This document shows positions 1-12,237 of a stretch of DNA of 64,000 nucleotides, one piece after another. Made by a program: the position numbers and the translations under genes. Within the stretch, counting starts at the first letter, position 1; each line of letters starts with the position of its first letter. Origin of the DNA: Octopus vulgaris (taxonomy: Eukaryota); the NCBI GenBank assembly GCA_951406725.2, contig OX597818.1, positions 84,134,001-84,198,000 on the forward strand, in the 5' to 3' direction. The notes under the pieces were generated by a model. It worked only from the letters and a program-made list of their open reading frames with translations. It searched no databases and had not been told where the DNA came from.

Positions 1-460
1 ACGGTCCCCTCGGCAGTAAGTGAGTAATCCTCGACAAAATAGAGTCCAGTTTAGAGAGAGTGTCGTTATCTTGATTACTTATACGCTATAGGCCTGCTCG
101 CCGAACTCGAGATAGCATCATCTGAAATTTACAATAACGCTAGGAAGCGCATTGTGACTGGCGATATATAACGGTATCATAAAGTCTTATTGATGCATTT
201 ATAGTGACTCTACAAGGATGCATTTTCTACCAAGACAATTACTGCAGCGAAAATGTTTCCACGTTTAACCCCTTTGCCTTCACATTATTGTAATGCTTAT
301 ATATTCACATTGTTTCAAATCAATTATGTTTTATCTCATAGCTTCAAGATTTTGATGATGTGATTGCTTGCTTTTAGAATTACAGGTTGAATACATCTGG
401 CCAGTTTGAAAATAAAACGGATCAAATATTCGAACCATATATTACTTTACATTTACTTTA

Positions 461-646
461 CTTTTACTTTTATTTGTCTCAGTCATTTGACTGTGGCCAT
501 GCTGCAGCACCGTTTTTAATCGAGCAAATCGACCGCAGGACTTATTTTATTGGTCTCTCTTGCCGAACCTCTAATTGACGGGACGTAAACATACCAGCAT
601 CGGTTGTCAAGTGTTGTTGGGGGGACAAACACAGTCACCCATGCAT

Positions 647-693
<47 letters not shown>

Positions 694-857
694 CGACGGG
701 TTTCTTTCAGTTTCCGTCTACCAAATCCACTCACAAGGCTTTGGTCGACTCGAGGCTATAGTAGAAGACACTTGGCCAAGGTGCCAAGCAGTGTGACCGA
801 ACCTGCAACAATGTGGTTGGTAAGCAAGCTACTTACTACGCAGCCACTCCTGCGCCT
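461..857 (-). mobile_element. SINE family A (tRNA-derived head, CORE-like domain, internal TA/CA microsatellite), full length
   Basis: Minus strand begins GGCGCAGGAGTGGCTGCGTAGTAAG with A/B-box-like motifs, then CACCTTGGCCAAGTGTCTTC (CORE-like), and ends CAGCATGGCCACAGTCAAATGACTGA. About ten further copies are in the window. Confidence 0.85.
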
Positions 858-937
858 ATGGCCTCTTTCAATGCTGAATAATTAAAGGTATTTGAACTAG
901 CCAAATATAAATGTAAACGGCTTTTAGCTTTTTACTT

Positions 938-1147
938 AATATTGGTTTCAGCTTGTGGCAGAAGGCCAGATTCTCGTCGGAGAGATAAGTCGATTACCCC
1001 CGTGCTCAACTCGTACTTATTTCATGGACTCCGAAAGGATGAAAGACAAAGTTGACATCGGTGGAATTTGAACTCGGGACATAAAGATGGAGAAAAAGCC
1101 GCTAAGCATTTTACCCGGCGTGCTGATGCTTCTGCCATCTCACCGCC
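938..1147 (-). mobile_element. SINE family B (Nin/Deu-domain-like)
   Basis: Minus strand GGCGGTGAGATGGCAGAA...GAGTTCAAATTCC...CTTTCATCCTTTCGGAGTCCATGAAATAAGTAC. The last part resembles the Deu/Nin SINE domain. Copies at 18.5, 43.9, 48.8 and 54.6-55.4 kb. Confidence 0.75.
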
Positions 1148-1791
1148 ATTGTTTTTACTAATATTATTTTCAAATTTTTCCCACCAAAATATTAAAAGCA
1201 GTCTCCGGACATTTGTCGGTCTTTATTTTGTCCTCATCAGCACAGCTTCAACTTTAATGATTTTGCAGTAGTTTTCAGAGAAAAATTAGGTGTATAGTAC
1301 TGTATATTTATTAGTACAGAAAAATATAATTATTCTATAGTGAATTCGTTACCTCTTTTCGTACTATCGAACATCTTAAATATTTTGTTTACTTGGAGTT
1401 CTAAACTACTTCCGGCAAAATATGAATGGAATGTATGAGTCATAACAATAGACAAAAGAGCTCTAAACCAGTAGTTTATCTGCCAATCACTTAACATAAA
1501 GTCGGAATGTATATATTTAAAGAAATGCAAATGTTTTAAATATGTGAATATTATTTCATATTTTGAGAAAGCTGTCAGTATTTTTTCTTTCCCTTATAGC
1601 TACAAGCTTTTTCTGTATATTTTAATAATTAGGTGTCTGTAACGTTATAGTTCTATGCAAATACCCATAGATTTACACATGCGCACACACGGTCACTCAC
1701 CATCCCTGTCATCATCATCATTGTCCTCTTCATCATCATCGTCGTCATCGTCGTCGCTGTCATCAGCATCCTCTCTCCTTTACGCACACGC

Positions 1792-1860
<69 letters not shown>

Positions 1861-2919
1861 GTCTCGATTACTACGACCAGCTCTACTGTGTACCTTTGAA
1901 TACTATGCGTAACTGTTACAAGTGAAATAACTGGTGCCATGATTATATAATTGTGTTGTACTTAAACTCTGAAACTTACGTTAGCAATAAGACTCTGCTG
2001 TTTCATAACATTACGTTGTACATTTGAAGCCATCACTTTCTTTTTATTCGCTTTTTACATTCGGTAATTATGATATATCATCTGGAGGCGGCAATAATTT
2101 TAATAAATCACGAATTTATGTTGTATCGTATTTGATATTGCTGTATTTGCCCTATGTTGTTCAAATACAAGCTACTAGCCACTTGAGATGTTTCACTCAG
2201 CTCATTATTGCTTAAATTATGCAAATCATCAACGCCATTAATGTGATCCACTCCTTTTTGTATAAGACTAACGGCTGTTGAAGCAGAAACACATGTACAC
2301 AAGTGCCATTTCACCTCTCAACAGGAAGCATGTCAACTTTGGAGAATTCTTGAATCTTTGGATTGTCTCTCAAGTGGAGATGGTCCTAAGTGTCATTCGG
2401 TGATTAGGACACATCTTCTGAAAGCGGAGATAATTTTTATAAAATAGGAATATCTATTTTGTAAAGTATTTGATATGCTTGTATTTGCCTCTATTTGATG
2501 ACATTTTTTGTTCTGGGTTTAAACAACAACTGAAAGTAGCGGAGACCTTTATCTCTACACCATTGACCTCAAGCATGTAAATTTTGAAGATCCTTAAACA
2601 ATGATCATTAGAGAGAAATGAAATATATATGTGCGTGCGTATGCCTGTATGTAATTGTGCATGTATGCATGTTTTATGTATGTACGTATGTATGTGTGTA
2701 CTCGGGATCTCTTAACGACAATCTAACCTGCATTTAACTAAGTATTTTCGGCCTCATGCGAGCTAGTGACTACCCCTCGTTGGGTAATTATCACTTTCGA
2801 GGTTCTGCCAGCTATGAAACCTATGTAGCCTGGATTTAAAAACTTTTATCTATCTAGCTGTATGTCTGTCTATCTATCCATCTAACCGACTAGCTATCTT
2901 TCTATGTATCCATTTATCC

Positions 2920-3150
2920 CAGTGTTTCTCAACTTTTTTTACCCTTGTGTAATCCGTAGAATAAACTACATGTCTCAAGGAACCCCTGAACAAAAAGTTA
3001 TATATCATATCTTTCTCATAGTTTTTCATCGTAGTTCACGTGGTAAATATCATATGTGTGTGTCTGTTACGATCATGAAATTAGCATTAACTTATCTCAC
3101 TCGTTCCCGTGAACTCTAGGGTTCCGGGGAACCCCGGTTGAGAAACGTTG
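2920..3150. mobile_element. hAT (Charlie/MER5-like) MITE
   Basis: TIRs CAGTGTTTCTCAAC / GTTGAGAAACGTTG. Flanks ATTTATCC / ATCTATCT are a degenerate 8-bp TSD (6 of 8 match). Confidence 0.8.
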
Positions 3151-4044
3151 ATCTATCTATTTATCTAACAGTTAGCCCATCTATTAAACCTTCTTCTTGT
3201 CTATCTGTTTATCTATCTATTTATCTATCTATCTATTTATCTATCTGTGGATGAAGTGAATGCCAAATAGGAGAAAAAAAACGAGCGAATTTCTCTGACA
3301 ACCCAGTGTCTCAGACAATATACACACTGAGTCTTAATTTAACAGACAAATCTACCGCCAGACAGCTGAAATGTTTTCATGTCTGGAGTGTTGTGTATAT
3401 TGAACAATTGAAAAACATTCCCATTGAACCAAACAATGAAAAATGATAAAATTGATTGAATACAGACGGGACTACGAAATTAAAACAACAACAATAACAG
3501 TAACAACAATAAGAAATAATACTTCAGCAAACAATTTAACGTTTGTGCATCGCTGCGAAATTAATCCTTCGTTTGATGTCAGCCAGTCAGTGAGTTTTCT
3601 AACCGTCTTCAACCAGCGTCTCCAGAATTACACCTCCATGCATTAATCAGTAGAAAACAAAAACACCTCAACAAACAATTAGCACTTAATTAATTCAATG
3701 AACTAATTTTAAAAATTATTTCTAAAATATTTTTTGTTGATATTTTTTTACTACTGTGTTTGTGTGTATCTGTGTGTATTTTGTTTTTGTGTTGTTATAT
3801 TTTTATTTTATTATCACGTCCTTGTTGTTTTAATTTTCCAAGCGTTCGAAATACTAATTGGTTAAATCATCAAAGTTAAAAAAAAAACAAAAAAAAGAAA
3901 GAACAGTTGTTTATTCATCGAACCTCAAAACAAAGAGAGTCCATAACCAGGCCAACCCATCCATTGCAGAAGTATTTTTTAAATTATACAAAACAAATCA
4001 ATTAAATATATATATATATAAAACGTCATATCCAGGAGAGATTA

Positions 4045-4373
<329 letters not shown>

Positions 4374-4454
4374 CACTCTCCTCAGACACAAAAAATATTT
4401 GCTTCACCACACGGATTCACGTAAAGTATCTTGCAAACCAGATACAAAAAAAAA

Positions 4455-4516
<62 letters not shown>

Positions 4517-4523
4517 ATATATA

Positions 4524-4990
4524 CAGTTGCGTGTTAAGAATACCGTGAACAACACTTTTTGACTTGTTAACAATCTTTGCAATAGACCCAATACTTAAAT
4601 TATCCTTCTTTCGAAGCTTAATAATCTGCTGACGAATTGGTAACGGAGTAAGTGGCATTATATTAACAAAGTACACTGCAGATATTCTTACTAATGTTTA
4701 GTAAACGAACCATCACGTAAACAAATTCAAAACATTAGAGTTCGCCGATTGAATATACTGAAACACGGAGTAAAAGCAACCGTTCTGATCATTTTGGCCG
4801 CCATGGGTTTAGCATTAAATCACTAAATCATCTATAACTTTTGTATTATCCTCTCAAATTACACCAAAATCTCAGACAATAACAATTAATATTGCATTTG
4901 TTGTGTGAGAATATAAAACAAGTTTGATAAAAACTTATACCTACTTTTCTGGCGAAAACAATGCCGTTCTGAACATTTTGACCGTAACTG
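4524..4990 (-). mobile_element. Truncated Tc1-like transposon (TIR plus N-terminal HTH of transposase)
   Basis: Minus strand starts TA|CAGTTACGGTCAAAATG and encodes MPLTPLPIRQQIIKLRKKDNLSIGSIAKIVNKSKSVVHGILN (Tc1-type HTH). Both flanks are (TA)n. Confidence 0.75.
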
Positions 4991-5029
4991 TATATATATA
5001 TATATTTCAAAATGTGACCTCGTGTATAC

Positions 5030-5210
5030 CGTTAGGGATTTTTTTCCTCTGTCTTCTCTTCTCTGGATCTTTCCTTCTCCTATGTTTCCGAGGAAGAGCT
5101 CCGCTCGAAACGTTAAACCCTCCTTCTTCCCTTCTTTCCCGAGCGTCCAATATTACTATATTTGTTCCACGTCCTCGCGTTGTTGTGTTTTTTGTGTTTT
5201 CTTGTTTGGA
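5030..5210 (+). mobile_element. Penelope-like pLTR fragment carrying a minimal hammerhead motif
   Basis: CT-rich repeat-like segment between microsatellites that contains the hammerhead motif at 5084-5118. Confidence 0.5.
5084..5118 (+). ncRNA. Minimal type I hammerhead ribozyme motif (core mutated)
   Basis: GTTT-CCGAGGA-a-GAGC-tcc-GCTC-GAAA-CGT-T-AAAC. Helix I is GTTT/AAAC, helix II is GAGC/GCTC, helix III is the palindrome ACGT. The CUGANGA core carries a U4>C change. Confidence 0.65.
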
Positions 5211-5286
5211 TTAACTTGAAACTATAAATTAAATTTGTATTAATCCTTAATACAAACATACATACGGATATACATACATTCGTGTG

Positions 5287-5319
<33 letters not shown>

Positions 5320-5639
5320 ATGTGTGTATGTGTGTGTGCCTGTGTGCATGTGAGTGTTTACATATACAAGTGTGTGTCATTGTATTTGAGTTTGGCATCC
5401 ACTATCGTTTGATAACTGGTGTTGATTTATGTGCGAAACCTTAATCTAGCAGCTCGGTAAAAGAGACCACAAAAATTACCACCGGGCCTACAATCAAGTA
5501 ACGAGATTGTTTTATCGTGACTACATTCCTGAAGACTGTGTCTGATCCTGTCGTCAGTCCAATGACTAAAGCAAGTGAACGGTCAATGACATTTATTTTA
5601 AGTATAAGCACACGCGTACGCGCCACACACACAAGCATA

Positions 5640-5828
5640 CACACATATGGAATGTAGCCATTATGTACAAACACATGCATGCAGACCACATACATACAAA
5701 CTCACACACACAAACATATACACTTGTGGAATGTAACCGCTATATATAAACACACGCATACACAACGTACATACAAACTCACAAACATACATATACACAA
5801 AAATTCACACATGTGGAATGTAACCCTC
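5640..5828. repeat. Degenerate minisatellite, unit about 80-87 bp, about 2.5 copies
   Basis: TGGAATGTA(G/A)CC recurs at about 5648, 5728 and 5814; CATACAAACTCACA recurs between them. Confidence 0.6.
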
Positions 5829-5920
5829 ATTAAGTTCTAAGATAACAAGATAGATAGCAGATAGTAGGATAGGTAGGGAGGACGATAAGAGAGAGTAAGA
5901 TAAAATAAAAACAGATTTTC

Positions 5921-6204
5921 ACATTATTTACATTATTTACATTTGACAGATATTTTTCCTTATCTTGTTTGTTGTTAACACAACGTTTCGGCCTTCATCA
6001 AATCTGTGGTATTGAGCAGAATATTTGCTGTAGCCCATCTTTATTATCATTAGTATCATTATTATTATTATTATTATTATTGTTCAGGTCACTGCTTGGA
6101 ATCGAACTCGGAATCTTGGGGTTATATGCCTGTGGGCATATGGCGTAGAGGTTAAGAGCGCAGGCTACAAAAGCCAATATTCCAAGTTCGATTCCAAGCA
6201 GTGA

Positions 6205-6235
<31 letters not shown>

Positions 6236-6389
6236 GATAATAACAACAACAACAACAACACCGAAAAATGCCTTAGGAATGAGAACTCAGATTCGAAATT
6301 TCCCCGAGACACCTAATGAAGGCTGGAGGTCAAATATACGTCAATTGTAAATAATGTACTTAATTCCTCATCTCTTAAATATAGAACTG
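5921..6389. mobile_element. Head-to-head inverted pair of a composite element: tRNA-like head, (AAT)n, hammerhead-bearing Penelope-like tail
   Basis: Right arm: GGGCATA-TGGCGTAGAGG (A box)...GTTCGATTCC (B box) at 6134-6210, then (AAT)n(AAC)n, then ACACCTAATGAAGGCTGG...GTCAATTGTAAATAATGT. The left arm is the partly deleted reverse complement. The same tail occurs at 29559-29732. Confidence 0.7.
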
Positions 6390-6394
6390 ACAAA

Positions 6395-7430
6395 ATAATT
6401 TTATCATATGCACAGCATTGTTCTGGAAAATTTTAGGCTCATGTTCATTCAGAAATGCAACCAAGTCTGTGATGTCATAATTTGTCTCTCTTGCTATGTC
6501 TCTTGAAATCAAATCGCAAATTTGACGGTTTGCTTTTGGCAGTCCAGAGGCAGATTCTTCTCCCATGGCCAAGACTTGATCCTCAATTACAGTCAGTCGT
6601 TGGTTAAAAATTGTTTCAAAGAAATGAAGATTGATATCTTGGTTTGCCTATTGAACTGCATCCTTTGAGTCCTAGGCCATGTACTCACTATGTTTCATAT
6701 ATTTTTGTAAAAGAAATATATGTTTCATTCAAAGCTGTAGGGGACTGCTACGTTGATACATGTTCAATATAATTACAAAAAAAAAAGGTTACTGAGTTTC
6801 CTTGGAGAATCTGGTACTGATGCTTCAACCAATACAAGTTCCCAATGCTCATCATTTTCTAAAAACGCTTGTTGATATCATACTTCCCTATAAGTTTCAC
6901 ACACATGACCATTTTCCCTCCTCGAAACTTGGAATGATTTGTGAATGCGTACTTCATTTAAAAGAAGCCGTAAGTAGTAGAATTCTGCTTGGCTTGGGTG
7001 GATACTCTAAACTCTTGCAAGACATTCAGCCCCATGCTTCTTCTTGGGCCATTCATTGTTTCTCCATGTGTAATACTTGGGTAATTGTGGGTTGAGGAAT
7101 TTTCTTGGATCTTCATCTACATTACACAACTTTAAAAAGGCAGTAAGGGTAGTTTCTGTTGGAGAAAGTGCTTGTTGCAAGACTGTTTGCTTTGTAACCC
7201 TGTGGTCACTCTGTAGATGGACACTCAGATGAATGATAGCTGGGTGTCCTTCGTGCACGGAAAAATTGAAGATGCGCCAAAAAGCCTCATTGGTACTGAT
7301 GTATCTTCCTCTGTAAAACTGGGCATCTTCGTCCTTTTTATTTATTTGCTGACTGCCATTCTGCAAAGGAGTATATGCTACAGCATCTAAACCTTTGTTA
7401 ATATATTTGCAAACATAATTTAATAGAGTT
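6395..7430 (-). pseudogene. Helitron RepHel fragment (Rep-to-helicase linker region), disrupted
   Basis: Motifs YVCKYINKG, GRYISTNEAFWRIFNFSVHEGHPAIIHLSVHL, TTLTAFLKLC, PKYYTW, IHPSQAEFYYLRLLL, LENDEHW and IEDQVLAMG...RETNYD occur in the order typical of Helitron RepHel. Confidence 0.9.
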
Positions 7431-7699
7431 AACGGAGATGCAGTATTCAGCATTATCTCTGGCTACCAGTACTCTTTTTGCTTCACTGTAGAATACTGAT
7501 CATCTACATCTACCCCCGACTCTTCTTGTAGAGAGTAGGAACATTGTTCTCGGAATCTTCTTCGAAAATTAAAATGGAGATTAAATGAATAAAATGAGTT
7601 ACGAGAATAGAATATCTTCACAAGAATGATTGAAAAAAATGACGATTGTGGAACGCCCCACGCACGCGCACACACACATAGGCAGAAATATATACATAC

Positions 7700-9170
7700 A
7701 GTATCAAAATTCAGATGAAATGGAGGTGTGCATATGGAAAAGAAAGAAGGGAAGACCAAATGAAAATTCTAATTGTAAGAAGTACACACAACAAAATTAG
7801 TGATAATAAGATGGAAATAAGAGAAAATAAGCATGGGAATATAATGACCAAGAAAGGAACGCACTACAAAATAAATAGGAATAATATAGGACAAAATAAC
7901 AGGAAACAAATATAATAAGCAAACCAAATATATATAGCAAAGAACTAATAAGATTTAAAGATAAGGGAATAGAAGGAATGTCTACAGCACAACACAGTAT
8001 AAAAGATATTAATGATAACTGTGAATACTTAAACGAAAACCTAAATAAAAGGAGAAAATACAACTGGGTAGTAAGTGAGAATCTAAACAATAGTATCCAT
8101 AAGAGCTATGAAAAACATTGCACCCCGTGCATAAATGTAATTAACCTACGAAAGAATCACTGTAAAATAAACTACTATGACGATGATATAGTATGGCTCA
8201 TAATTCCGTTTGCGAAGCGAATAAAAACCAGCATGCTGAAATTATTCTATAAAGTCTGTAAGCATTTTTCAGAGGAAATCAAATATCATGAAATTATTAG
8301 CATATGCAAATTAAGGGCAGGTTTCTGCGCTTCGAAAGACATTACGCAAATTATATCTGCACCAAATAATAAAAAAATAAATGACCTCTATAAGAATAGG
8401 AATAAGGACAAGACGAACGATTCGATTAATGACCAAAACGACAATAAAATAATCGATAATATGAAATACACAACCAACAAAAACAAGGAAGTATCCCTGA
8501 GTAACTTCCCTCTTAGAGCGAAGAATATAAACTAACAACCTACGATGAAGAGGAAGAATAAATGAAATGATAACAATATAATTGATGCGGATACATATAA
8601 CAGCAGCAACGAGCATGAAGTATGTGGAAATTTAGACATTGAGACAAATAAGGAACAGAAGGAGCAAGGAGATAAACCACTACTTAAGGCCCAAAACGCA
8701 GGAAATGTACATAGCGCAAATAACCCACATAACGAGGAAAATAGACTCAGCATTGTTAATAGGGGAACAACGGGAGGAATTGAAAATAAAAATTGTGATT
8801 GCAAAATAAAAAAAGCCGATGTCCATAAAAATTTTTTTGTAAATGAAAAGGTATAATAAATGGGTGTGAGATAATATCTGACAAAATTACTACGATATTG
8901 GCGCTACGGAAAACTACACAAAAAGAAGGATAGCCAACCATGAAAACACATATATAGACAAGAGGAAAATAGCTAGCACTAGCCTAAGTAAATTGAGTTA
9001 AAAGAAAAAATAAGGACTATACGCTGAAGTGGGAAATAATTAGTGATGCAAAGTCATATGGCACTGGGGACAATAGGTGTTGCATAGAGGAAGTCTTCCA
9101 TGCCATCACATGCAAGCATGGATTGATCAACAATAAGAAAGAGAATGTTCTTGCCCATACACAATTATTG
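7700..9170 (+). pseudogene. Penelope-like element relic (thumb/linker plus C-terminal GIY-YIG, Naiad-like)
   Basis: 8790-9170 translates, with stops and frameshifts, to NCDCK...RCP*KFFCK*KGIINGC...STSLSK..ELKEKNKDYTLKWEIISDAKSYGTGDNRCCIEE...LINNKKE. This matches the CxC-x-CP-x-C linker and endonuclease C-terminus pattern. The 5' boundary is uncertain and includes ORF 7978-8535. Confidence 0.65.
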
Positions 9171-9229
9171 AGTGTAATTAAAATAAAATAAAGGTAATAG
9201 TAAATTAGATATACACTATTCAGTTATGC

Positions 9230-9563
<334 letters not shown>

Positions 9564-9762
9564 TAATGCTAGAGGCAAGATGTGAATAAACCAATAGCTA
9601 AAATGAATCATTATTTAATAACAATCACTCTGGAATAATACAAAATGTAACCCTTAAGATTAGCTGACATACCTGAATTAAGATATTAATAATTGTATTA
9701 AGTAATTATAGGACATAGAGACCAAATTTTAATAGAAATACATGTGTATGTATGTATATATG

Positions 9763-9813
<51 letters not shown>

Positions 9814-10776
9814 GTATATGTATGTATGTATATATATATGTGTGTGTGTGTGTGTGAAGTTATGTATATGTGTGTGCATGTATGTGTGCTCTGTACACAT
9901 AAATATATAAATGCAAAGATAATATGTGAGGGTATGTATGTGTATATATATATTAAAATAATGTTGAATAAATTCTATATAAGTAAACACTCCATGAAAA
10001 AATTAATTTATTAAATATACGAAGGAACAAAACTTATTATGAAATGTACACTCACCAATAGAAAGAAAACCACTACTTAAAATCTAGCCCTGTACACGGG
10101 ATACATAGAAAATCATACTTCTATTGAAATAGATACTATTAGTAAGAAAACGTATTAACTCTAAACACTAACAAAATGAATAAACCTAGAAATTTAAGAA
10201 ATATTGAATTATAAAAAATATAATCAAATGAAAATTCTCTAAATTTTATTACAAATATAGATAGAAATAATATAATTAGATTTGGATACTAAAAATTAAA
10301 TAAATATACAAAGAGTGTTTTTTTTAGGGTTTTTTCCTTTGGCTAGTAGCTACAGAGTAAAATAACTACCAGGCTCTAAATACCAGTATCAATTGCTTTC
10401 GTGGGTATGATAGTATTTGACCGAAATTATCCAAGATGGCAGCTAGCCATTGTCCTGCTACTTTACAGAACAGAACTCCAAAGACAAATAACCTGACACA
10501 CACAAACACATAGGGAAAAGAAAAGAAGACACATACGACAATTAAGCTTAAAGACGAACATTTTTACACACACTCACACACACAGAAAAAATCGTATGGT
10601 GCTATCTTACACTATAATTACCACTCAGTCTATTCGGATGCAAAGAGGAATATGTCGATTTTGGCCCTGAAGAGATCTCTGCCTTCTGAACTCCAGCTGG
10701 CTATTGACACACTATCTGTACCCTATCAGTATTTGCAAAGGGGAGCCATCCTTCCCATCTCCAACCTGACGTGATA

Positions 10777-10821
10777 CACACGGACTCGAGTTTCTGGGTA
10801 TTGACCCGTCATCAGCGTGTG
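10777..10821 (-). ncRNA. Type I hammerhead ribozyme, intact core, GUC cleavage triplet
   Basis: Minus strand CACACG-CUGAUGA-c-GGGU-caau-ACCC-a-GAAA-CUCGA-GUC-CGUGUG. Helix I has 6 bp, helix II has 4 bp with a C-A mismatch at its base, and helix III is the palindrome ACUCGAGU. Confidence 0.85.
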
Positions 10822-10888
10822 ACAATTACCGGTTGTCAGGATATATATTTGTATTCGGAACCGCTTCTCATCGACAACCGGTGATTGT

Positions 10889-10933
10889 CACACGCTGATG
10901 ACGGGTCAATACCCAGAAACTCGAGCCCGTGTG
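10889..10933 (+). ncRNA. Type I hammerhead ribozyme copy with GUC>GCC mutation
   Basis: CACACG-CTGATGA-CGGGTCAATACCCA-GAAA-CTCGA-GCC-CGTGTG. Identical to the opposite arm except U16.1>C. Confidence 0.75.
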
Positions 10934-11168
10934 TATCATGTCAGGTTGGAGATGGGAAGGATAGCTTCCCTTTGCAAATACTGATAGGGCACAAATAGTG
11001 TGTCGATAGCCAGCTGGAGGAGGTGTCCTCCTGGTTCTACAAGCTACAGTAGCATCCACCCTTAGTGGTTAGCCACATTTAAGTGGCAAATATACTTCAC
11101 GATGTCGTGCAGCTACTGTTTATACCTCCCTCAGAGATTTATTATTACTTATATATATATATGAATTA

Positions 11169-11312
11169 GAGAAAAAACGCTATTATGCAATTCAAATAAT
11201 GATAGACATAAACCAAATCATAAATAGAAAATAAAAAATATTTTTTAAAACATATAACTATGACTTGTTTTATGTCTATCAGTGTTTGAATTGCATAATA
11301 GCGGTTTTTCTC
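11169..11312. mobile_element. Small hairpin/MITE-like element in TA-rich context
   Basis: Arms 11169-11222 and 11259-11312 (CGCTATTATGCAATTCAAA...GATAGACATAAA / TTTATGTCTATC...TTTGAATTGCATAATAGCG). Confidence 0.7.
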
Positions 11313-11397
11313 AACTTTATATATTATATATTTATATTGTGAAATTTGTTTTAATACTAAATTGAATTTTCCCCTGTAGGATTTGAGTTATACTCCC

Positions 11398-11472
<75 letters not shown>

Positions 11473-11489
11473 CATTATTATTATTGTTA

Positions 11490-11565
<76 letters not shown>

Positions 11566-12193
11566 CAGCATCATTATTATATATGTCTTTTCAATTTTTG
11601 TTGGCACTGTTTTTGCTCCTCCCATTTAGATGGGTACATACGGTCAATAGCCAGGGTATTCTCTAGTATTCTGCTTAGCGTCTATATTATGTATCACCAT
11701 CCGAACAAACCCTTTAGGAAACACTTCGACAAACTTTTCCTCCTCTGCATTGAAAATGCCATTGTATTTAGCCCCAGGCCTTGCTTTTCTTACTGTTATG
11801 AACTTGCGCTTGTCTTATTCTTCTAAAATACATAAACACATGCCAGACAGACATGCTTGACGTATGCCAGTATCTCTCTATCGATCTATCGATCTCTCTT
11901 TCTCTCACTCTCTCTTTCTTCCTTTCTTTCTTTCTTACTGACTTTTTTCATCCTAACTATCTATCTGTCTATCTATATATACTTCTTTTTCTTTCCGTCG
12001 CTCACTTTCTCCATCTCTCCCTTTCTCCATCTCTCCCTTTCTCTCTTTCTCGGTCTCTCTCTTTCTCCCTATCTCCCTCTCTTTAGATATACGTGTGCCT
12101 CTGTTTATATATATATATTTGTGTGTGTATATACATATATATGTATATACGTATAAGTATATACATGTGTGATTGTATATACATGTATATACA

Positions 12194-12237
<44 letters not shown>

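Larger units (their letters stand above)
10691..11019. repeat. 147-bp inverted repeat (arms 10691-10837 and 10873-11019, 35-bp spacer), Penelope-type inverted pLTR-like
   Basis: The arms are near-perfect reverse complements with a few substitutions, and each contains a hammerhead motif. Confidence 0.9.

Noticed and set aside
6134-6210. Functional tRNA gene (also 14012-14080 and 52280-52350)
   Set aside because: A and B boxes are present, but acceptor and anticodon stems are imperfect and the sequence continues into repeat bodies, so these are SINE-type heads.
7978-8535. 185-aa ORF as a host gene
   Set aside because: It is N/K-rich, has no recognisable host domain and sits directly upstream of Penelope-like endonuclease remnants.
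10668-10702. Additional hammerhead at GCC-CTGAAGA
   Set aside because: No GAAA and no good helix II follow; the sequence runs into the inverted-repeat arm.
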